Shown here in pieces: positions 57,862-64,000 of a stretch of DNA of 64,000 nt; positions within the stretch are counted from its first letter, which is position 1; each line of letters opens with the position of its first letter. A program made the position numbers and the translations under genes. Source of the stretch: Paracoccaceae bacterium (lineage in GTDB: Bacteria; Pseudomonadota; Alphaproteobacteria; JAPKNN01). The stretch spans positions 31,027 through 95,026 of the forward strand of contig JAPKNN010000005.1 in assembly GCA_040266715.1 (NCBI GenBank), given 5' to 3'. Under the pieces are notes generated by a model. That model searched no databases. It was not told the DNA's origin and worked only from the letters and a program-made list of their open reading frames with translations.

Positions 57862-58971
57862 ATGAATGAGCATCATACGATTCCTAAAACTATGAAAGCC
57901 TTTGTTTTACACGGCTATGGAGGGCAGGATAAGTTAGTTTATCATAGTGACTGGCCAACCCCACATATAGGCCATAACGAAGTTCTCATTCAGGTTCATG
58001 CATGTGGCCTTAATAATACAGATATTAATACGCGCACAGGTTGGTACTCCAAAACAGTTACAGAAAAAACTACGGGTAAACCTTTTGGAAATTTTAATGA
58101 CCCCAACGCGTCTTGGGGTGGCGCTCCCCTTCAATTTCCACGTATACAGGGTGCCGATGTTGTTGGAAAAGTTGTTGCAATCGGCAAGGATGCGTCTCCT
58201 TCTTTGTTAGATCAACGTGTAATGGTAGATACATGGATACGTGACTGGGATCGTGCAGATGATCCTTCGACATGTCGCTATTTTGGCTCTGAGATAGATG
58301 GTGGCTTTGCCGCTTATACAGCTGTTAATTATCGTAATGTACATATTATAAATTCTTCCTTAAGTGATGTTGAATTAGCGAGTTTTGCTACTTCTTATAT
58401 TACTGCAGAAAATATGATCAATAAAGCAGATGTAAAAAGTGGTGACCGCGTTCTCATAACAGGAGCTTCGGGAGGCGTTGGTTCCGCCCTTATTCAATTA
58501 GTAAAACGTCGCGGTGCAATAGCAATTGCAATAGCCTCTGAAGACAAGCATTCATTGTTACGTGAAAAGTTAAGCATTGACCATATTTTACCACGTACGG
58601 TTAATAATCTTTCACAATCCTTGCAAGATCTTACAGGAAGTGCCGAGGTGGATGTTGTTGCAGATGTTGTAGGAGGCGATTTATGGCCGCAATATATTGA
58701 GGTTTTAAAACATAGCGGACGTTATACATGTTCAGGTGCAATAGCTGGTCCAATTGTCTCATTTGATCTACGCAGTTTTTATCTTAAAGATCTTACATTC
58801 ACGGGGGCAACTATTATACCTGCTGGCTTATTCTGTGATCTTATACGTTACATTGAAAATAACGAAATCAAACCGCTCGTAGCCGCACATTTTCCACTTG
58901 AAGAATTGCACACCGCACAGGATATGTTTGTTAATAAAAAACATATCGGTAATATTGTTGTAACAATTTAA
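57862..58971 (+). CDS. Zinc-type alcohol dehydrogenase / quinone oxidoreductase (MDR superfamily)
   Basis: 369-aa ORF with a GroES-like N-domain and a Rossmann motif VLITGASGGVGSALIQL. Confidence 0.8.
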   Translation: MNEHHTIPKTMKAFVLHGYGGQDKLVYHSDWPTPHIGHNEVLIQVHACGLNNTDINTRTGWYSKTVTEKTTGKPFGNFNDPNASWGGAPLQFPRIQGADVVGKVVAIGKDASPSLLDQRVMVDTWIRDWDRADDPSTCRYFGSEIDGGFAAYTAVNYRNVHIINSSLSDVELASFATSYITAENMINKADVKSGDRVLITGASGGVGSALIQLVKRRGAIAIAIASEDKHSLLREKLSIDHILPRTVNNLSQSLQDLTGSAEVDVVADVVGGDLWPQYIEVLKHSGRYTCSGAIAGPIVSFDLRSFYLKDLTFTGATIIPAGLFCDLIRYIENNEIKPLVAAHFPLEELHTAQDMFVNKKHIGNIVVTI

Positions 58972-58992
58972 TCTGTGGGATTATATTTTTTT

Positions 58993-59015
58993 CTGCGCTT
59001 AATCATGTAGCGCAG
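58993..59015 (+). terminator. Weak hairpin in the convergent adh/pntB gap
   Basis: CTGCGCT-taatcatgt-AGCGCAG is a 7-bp stem followed by TAATTTTA. Confidence 0.35.
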
Positions 59016-59020
59016 TAATT

Positions 59021-60397
59021 TTACTTAACTTGGGAAAGCAACTGATCTAAAGAATCTTTAGCATCCCCGAAAAGCATACGTGTGTTTTCCTTGAAAAAAA
59101 GCGGATTATCAATCCCCGAATAGCCAGTACCCTGACCACGTTTGCTTACAACAACATGGCGTGCCTTCCAAACTTCTAAAACAGGCATTCCACTGATTGG
59201 AGAATTGGGATCATCTTGTGCGGAAGGATTAACAATATCATTAGAACCAATAACAAGCACAACATCAGTTTGTGGAAAATCATGATTAATCTCATCCATC
59301 TCCAATACTATATCGTAGGGAACTTTGGCTTCAGCTAATAATACATTCATGTGACCAGGTAATCTACCTGCAACAGGGTGTATTCCAAAACGTACAGTTT
59401 TACCTTTGCTTCTTAGACGTTTTGTTAACTCACTCACTGCTTGCTGAGCCTGAGCGACAGCCATACCGTAACCTGGTACAATAATAATAGATTCTGCCTC
59501 CTCTAATAGAAAAGTAACACCATCAACATTAATTGCCACTTGTGTTCCCTCAATATGCGTATTAGTTACAGAACTTCCTCCAAATCCCCCTAATATAACA
59601 CTTATAAAACTACGGTTCATCGCCTTACACATAATATAAGACAAAATTGCTCCAGAGGATCCAACTAAAGCACCAACAATTATCAGCAAATCATTACTTA
59701 ATAAAAACCCTGTAGCAGAAGCCGCCCATCCTGAATATGAATTAAGCATGGAAACCACAACAGGCATATCAGCACCGCCAATTGCCAAAACTAAATGAGC
59801 TCCTATAATAAACGCAATAAAACACATAACATACAATGTCCACGCTTGCTCACTCTCTACATATAAAATAATCATAGCAATAGATATGAACAGCATTATC
59901 ACATTCCAAAAATGACGACCAGGAATTAACAAAGCACGCCCAGAAACAAAGCCAGATAATTTACCGTAAGCAATAATAGAACCTGTAAACGTAATAGCAC
60001 CGATAAAAATTCCTAACGCAATTTCTATTTCATGAATAACTTTCTCGGCTGCTGTGAAATTGGATGTACCAATTAAATCTGAATTAATGCCTATAAATAC
60101 GGCCGCTAACCCTACAAAAGAATGTAAAGCCGCAACAAGCTCTGGCATATTGGTCATCTGGACACGTTGAGCTATAAAAGCACCCAGAATAGCGCCTAAA
60201 AGCATGCTTACAATCAAAAGCGGTGAAAAAACAAAATCTGGATCTAACATAGTGAAGCCAATAGCTATCACCATGCCAATGATACCATACCATACTCCCC
60301 TTTTAGCACTCTCATGAGCTTTCAAACCACCCAATGATAAAATAAACAATACAGACGCGATTATAAAAGCCGCCATTTGAATTTGTGAAATGATCAT
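59021..60397 (-). CDS. pntB: NAD(P) transhydrogenase subunit beta
   Basis: 458-aa ORF with an N-terminal TM domain plus the C-terminal NADP(H) dIII domain ([26 protein letters not shown]). Confidence 0.92.
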   Translation of the reverse strand: MIISQIQMAAFIIASVLFILSLGGLKAHESAKRGVWYGIIGMVIAIGFTMLDPDFVFSPLLIVSMLLGAILGAFIAQRVQMTNMPELVAALHSFVGLAAVFIGINSDLIGTSNFTAAEKVIHEIEIALGIFIGAITFTGSIIAYGKLSGFVSGRALLIPGRHFWNVIMLFISIAMIILYVESEQAWTLYVMCFIAFIIGAHLVLAIGGADMPVVVSMLNSYSGWAASATGFLLSNDLLIIVGALVGSSGAILSYIMCKAMNRSFISVILGGFGGSSVTNTHIEGTQVAINVDGVTFLLEEAESIIIVPGYGMAVAQAQQAVSELTKRLRSKGKTVRFGIHPVAGRLPGHMNVLLAEAKVPYDIVLEMDEINHDFPQTDVVLVIGSNDIVNPSAQDDPNSPISGMPVLEVWKARHVVVSKRGQGTGYSGIDNPLFFKENTRMLFGDAKDSLDQLLSQVK

Positions 60398-60412
60398 ATT
60401 AACTTCCTAGGT

Positions 60413-61978
60413 TTAGGATTTTTGAAACATTTGTAGCATTTTTCGTGTTACGATAAAGCCACCAACTATATTTATAGTTGCAATAAAAACAGAAATTGCA
60501 ACCAATATCTCTACAAGGGGTATTGAACTCATACTTTGTACAAGAGCCCCCAGAATAATAATTCCCGAAATGGCATTTGTTACAGCCATCAAAGGCGTAT
60601 GTAATGCATGCGATACGTTATTGATAACTTGAAAACCCACAAAAACAGCTAATACAAAAACTGTAAAATGTTGCATAAAACTGGCCGGGGCGTACAAGCC
60701 GATTACTCCCATGACTATTGCCCCTAAAGCAAGCCACATCACTTGTTGAAAACCCGCTTTGCGTTGTGTTGTCTGTAGAGTTTGCTTCTTCTCACCTTGT
60801 TTTTTTTGTGATTGTGTGGATGCATTTGCAGACACCACAGAAATAGCTATTTTGGGTGGTGGGAAGGTTACCTCCTTCTCATATGTAATAGTCGCACCTC
60901 TAATGACATCATCTGTCATATTGTGGACGATTTGTCCGTCTTTATTAGGCGTTAAATCATCCATCATGTGATACACATTCATCGCATAAAGTTCTGATGA
61001 TTGTGCACTCATGCGACTAGGTAAATCTGTATAGCCAACAATTTTAACGCCATTATTCGTTGTGATATGCTTTCCTGGTTGCGTAAGTTCACAATTACCA
61101 CCTTTTTCAGCCGCTAAATCAACGATAACCGAGCCAGATTTCATCACGTCCACCATATCTTTAAGCCACAATTTCGGGGCCGCTTGTCCAGGAATAAGCG
61201 CCGTTGTAATGACTATATCAAGCATTGGTGCATATTCACGAAACAAAGCAAGTTGCTTCTCACGAAATTCTGGACTTGAAGGGGCCGCATACCCTCCTGT
61301 TTCTTGGCTATCTTGTTTATCATCAAAATCAAGAAACAAAAACTGCGCTCCCATAGACTCAATTTGTTCTGCAACTTCAGGGCGCACGTCAAAAGCATAG
61401 ACAATAGCCCCCATGCTTTGTGCTGTACCAATAGCTGCCAAACCAGCAACACCTGCTCCTATAATCAAAATTTTTGCTGGCTGTATCTTACCTGCGGCCG
61501 TCACCTGCCCTGTAAAGAAACGGCCGAAATGTTGTGCCGCCTCAACCACCGAACGATACCCAGCTATGTTAGCCATTGAACTCAGTGCATCCATTTTTTG
61601 TGCTCGACTAACCCGAGGAACCATGTCCATGGCTATTACATTAATGCCCTTTGCACATGCTTTTTTCATCAAATTTTCATTTTGTGCGGGATAAAAAAAG
61701 CATATTAGCGACTGACCTTTACGCATTAAATTTATTTCTTGTTCACTAGGTGGCTGAACTTTAACAATAATGTCAACCTCCTTGCACACTGATTTAGCAT
61801 CTTGAGCCAGTGAAACTCCCTCATCCGCATATACCTCATCTGCAAAGCCAGCTTTTTCTCCAGCTCTTTTTTCTATAAAACAGCTATATCCTAATTTTTT
61901 CAGACGTTGTGCTGAATGGGGTGTGAGGGCTACACGGGCTTCTGTATCACCTGTTTCTTTAAGAAAACCAATTTTCAT
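60413..61978 (-). CDS. pntA: NAD(P) transhydrogenase subunit alpha (single-chain dI plus dII, E. coli-like)
   Basis: Alanine-dehydrogenase-like dI domain with IIGAGVAGLAAIG and C-terminal TM helices. ATG 61978 (MKIGFLKE) is preferred. In-frame alternatives are at 61993, 62005 and 62026 (TTG). Confidence 0.9.
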   Translation of the reverse strand: MKIGFLKETGDTEARVALTPHSAQRLKKLGYSCFIEKRAGEKAGFADEVYADEGVSLAQDAKSVCKEVDIIVKVQPPSEQEINLMRKGQSLICFFYPAQNENLMKKACAKGINVIAMDMVPRVSRAQKMDALSSMANIAGYRSVVEAAQHFGRFFTGQVTAAGKIQPAKILIIGAGVAGLAAIGTAQSMGAIVYAFDVRPEVAEQIESMGAQFLFLDFDDKQDSQETGGYAAPSSPEFREKQLALFREYAPMLDIVITTALIPGQAAPKLWLKDMVDVMKSGSVIVDLAAEKGGNCELTQPGKHITTNNGVKIVGYTDLPSRMSAQSSELYAMNVYHMMDDLTPNKDGQIVHNMTDDVIRGATITYEKEVTFPPPKIAISVVSANASTQSQKKQGEKKQTLQTTQRKAGFQQVMWLALGAIVMGVIGLYAPASFMQHFTVFVLAVFVGFQVINNVSHALHTPLMAVTNAISGIIILGALVQSMSSIPLVEILVAISVFIATINIVGGFIVTRKMLQMFQKS

Positions 61979-62028
61979 AGCATTATTATCCATTTGATTG
62001 TTCATCTTGTTGTTTGCAATACACAATT

Positions 62029-62916
62029 CTAAGCATTATCCGTATGTTTGCCATAATATAACCCAACCACATGTTCTGCTTGCGCAAAAAACAACCATCG
62101 GGACACAATAGTACCTACCATATGCAATAGTAAAATGATAAGAGATACACCAACAATTGCGGGCAATAGAATTAACAAAAGTACGGGTAATACAAACATC
62201 AACATTAAAGCTATAATTTGTAATTTTTGCACATGCTTACGACCTACTGTATAAACCATTTCTTTACACAGATAATTCGTACCAGTATGAGGGGCTTCAA
62301 ATAAATTTATTTTTTTCATATTTTGCAAACCTGTTGCCGTTTGCATAGTAGTTAAATTGTTTTTAAATGCTGTTTTCGTTGTTTTCCAGGTCACTATCTG
62401 GAATATCGCTGCCCCGCAGAAGAGTAAGAGAAGCATGTCGGGTGGTAAAATTACAATAGCACCTCCTGTTAGAGATAATAACAAAAACAAGGGACAGGTT
62501 GTCCAATGATTCCAGCGTGGCACAGTTTTAAGTTGGGCATAAATCATTGAAGTTGTGTATACTGTTGCCAATGCAGAAATTGCCACAACAAAACCTAATA
62601 CCTCACTAACTTTAGCAAAAAATAATATCAATATAGCATAAATCGCCGTTGCAATGAGTGTAAAAATTGATAAACAGCCCTCGCGTGACAACCAACTTGT
62701 GCGCCATTGAGAAAAGGCTCTCCAAGCACGACTAGGACTCGCTAAATGCAAAGTGGAACTCAGCAGCCCCGTAACCGTCAGGGTTAATGCAAATGCAAAT
62801 TGCGTAAAAATTTCCAGCTCATTACCTTGTGGGGGCAATATTCCTAACCAAAAAAGTTGTCCTAGACCAACCCCCGAGAAAACAGTAAAAATAATAACAG
62901 ATGCTGCAGGATTCAT
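62029..62916 (-). CDS. DmsC-family membrane anchor subunit of a molybdopterin oxidoreductase (DmsC/SoeC-like)
   Basis: 295-aa ORF with about 8 TM helices and the family motif HLASPSRAWRAFSQWRTSWLSREG. There is a 1-nt overlap with the upstream Fe-S subunit. Confidence 0.75.
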   Translation of the reverse strand: MNPAASVIIFTVFSGVGLGQLFWLGILPPQGNELEIFTQFAFALTLTVTGLLSSTLHLASPSRAWRAFSQWRTSWLSREGCLSIFTLIATAIYAILILFFAKVSEVLGFVVAISALATVYTTSMIYAQLKTVPRWNHWTTCPLFLLLSLTGGAIVILPPDMLLLLFCGAAIFQIVTWKTTKTAFKNNLTTMQTATGLQNMKKINLFEAPHTGTNYLCKEMVYTVGRKHVQKLQIIALMLMFVLPVLLLILLPAIVGVSLIILLLHMVGTIVSRWLFFAQAEHVVGLYYGKHTDNA

Positions 62917-63674
62917 TATATATTCTCCAACATATTATCCAGCCATTTTAAAAATCCTTTAGGCCCATCAGCAACAGGTTTTAGTGTAGCGTTTATGCTA
63001 TTCTTTTCCTGCATTTCTTTCATTATCTTGTCTTTTGGCCTTGGAGGTAGATATTTATTAATCGGCTTTGTACCCTGTTCAGGCATCAAGTCAATTCCGT
63101 TGCGCTCAACAACTAACTGAGAGACCGCACTTTCGGGATCTGATAAATCACCAAAGTGGCGCGCACCAGCAGGACACGTTCGAACACAAGCGGGTTGTCT
63201 ATCCTCTTCAGGTAAATTTTCATTATAAATCCTATCAACACACAACGTACATTTTTTCATCACACCCGCGACCTGATCCATTTCTCGTGCTCCGTATGGA
63301 CAGGCCCAAGCACACAAACCGCAACCCATACAATGGTCTTCATTGACCAAAACGATACCATCTTCTTGTCGCTTATAACTGGCTCCAGTTGGGCATACCG
63401 TAACACAAGGTGCATTGTCACAATGCAAACAAGATTTTGGAAAATGCACTATCTGAGCAGTACCTTGTTGCGGCTCACCTTCAAAGGTATGAATCCTATT
63501 AAGAAAAGTCCCCGTAGGCTCTTCACCATACGCATCAACATCAGATAATGGGGCTCCATAATTTTCAGTATTCCATCCCTTACATGAAACGACACATGCA
63601 TGGCATCCAACACATGTATCTAAATCAATGACTAATCCTAATTTTTTATGTGTTGTTTCTGGTAATTGAGTCAT
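62916..63674 (-). CDS. 4Fe-4S ferredoxin-type electron-transfer subunit (DmsB/SoeB-like)
   Basis: 252-aa ORF with four Cys clusters (CVGCHACVVSC, CLHCDNAPCVTVCP, CMGCGLCAWACP, CTLC...CVRTCP). Confidence 0.85.
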   Translation of the reverse strand: MTQLPETTHKKLGLVIDLDTCVGCHACVVSCKGWNTENYGAPLSDVDAYGEEPTGTFLNRIHTFEGEPQQGTAQIVHFPKSCLHCDNAPCVTVCPTGASYKRQEDGIVLVNEDHCMGCGLCAWACPYGAREMDQVAGVMKKCTLCVDRIYNENLPEEDRQPACVRTCPAGARHFGDLSDPESAVSQLVVERNGIDLMPEQGTKPINKYLPPRPKDKIMKEMQEKNSINATLKPVADGPKGFLKWLDNMLENI

Positions 63675-63755
63675 TCGTGTATTCCATTTTTTATTTCAAC
63701 ATTATTTTACAAATAATCTTTTGGTTTATTATTGTGTAGATCGGCTATTTTTTAT

Positions 63756-64000
63756 CTATATGTTTGTTTTACTATTCTGACTAACATTCTTTGGTGCCTT
63801 TGGCACTGGTGATACGAGAGAGTTAAATTGTGGCAAACTCTTATCTTGCTCTTTTACTTTTTCTATCTTAACACGCAGGTCAAACCATGCCGCCTGACCT
63901 GTAATAGGATCCGAATTCTGTCCACGATAAACATCCTGTTGCTCTGGCAAAAGTTCATGAATAAGATGGTTCAGCAAAAATCCTTTTGTGGCTTCCGCAG
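63756..64000 (-). CDS. Molybdopterin oxidoreductase catalytic subunit (DmsA/SoeA-like), C-terminal fragment; the rest lies beyond the window
   Basis: The frame is open to nt 64000 (the track M at 63977 is an in-frame TTG). The tail is typical of the molybdopterin dinucleotide-binding domain (NSDPITGQAAWFDLRVKIEKV). Confidence 0.7.
   Translation of the reverse strand, partial: AEATKGFLLNHLIHELLPEQQDVYRGQNSDPITGQAAWFDLRVKIEKVKEQDKSLPQFNSLVSPVPKAPKNVSQNSKTNI

Noticed and set aside
1-64000. Window-wide look for CRISPR arrays, rRNA, IS elements/transposases, integrases, toxin-antitoxin pairs, and large ATPase/nuclease defence genes.
   Set aside because: None found. Every ORF over 100 aa is accounted for by a housekeeping, transport or envelope function listed above, and no regularly spaced repeat array is visible.

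Overview
Chromosomal segment of an AT-rich (roughly 35-38% GC by eye) alphaproteobacterium. The gene order (trpE-ppiD-tpiA, yciB-ftsY-mtaB, leuB-asd, leuS-lptE-holA) looks Hyphomicrobiales/Rhizobiales-like. I call about 62 protein-coding genes and one tRNA-Ala(UGC). I see no rRNA, CRISPR array, transposase, integrase or phage structural gene. nt 1-34,000 is an almost uninterrupted minus-strand block of housekeeping genes: lnt, nadK, trpE, ppiD, tpiA, mnmA, cysE, gloA, bcp, rsmG, yciB, ftsY, mtaB, fhs, cobQ, cpaA, hemH, glmM, folP, asd, leuBDC, rplS, yggS, holA, lptE, leuS. One SULT-type sulfotransferase is wedged into this block. nt 34,000-64,000 is more mosaic. It holds a tRNA-flanked secreted tandem M15 peptidase, yacG plus a divergent RNase E/G paralog, lutABC, an orphan MCP and a DnaA-domain-IV/DUF6456-like pair. 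It also holds an MBOAT plus two-SGNH O-acetylation operon, pip, DUF4212 plus a Na+/solute symporter, and a periplasmic rhodanese-YeeE locus. The window ends with pntAB fused behind a DmsABC/SoeABC-type molybdoenzyme operon that runs off the right edge. The best leads are: (1) the split GafA-like (gafYZ-type) regulatory pair at 43.6-45.3 kb, with CtrA-/DnaA-box-like sites; (2) an unannotated 47-codon Cys-rich micro-ORF coupled to yeeE; (3) the PatA/PatB/Ape1-like periplasmic O-acetylation operon; (4) the tandem active/degenerate M15 peptidase islet next to tRNA-Ala. All functional calls rest on motif recognition by eye and on synteny. No database search was run, and many start codons are uncertain because the ORF track takes the longest ATG/GTG/TTG frame.
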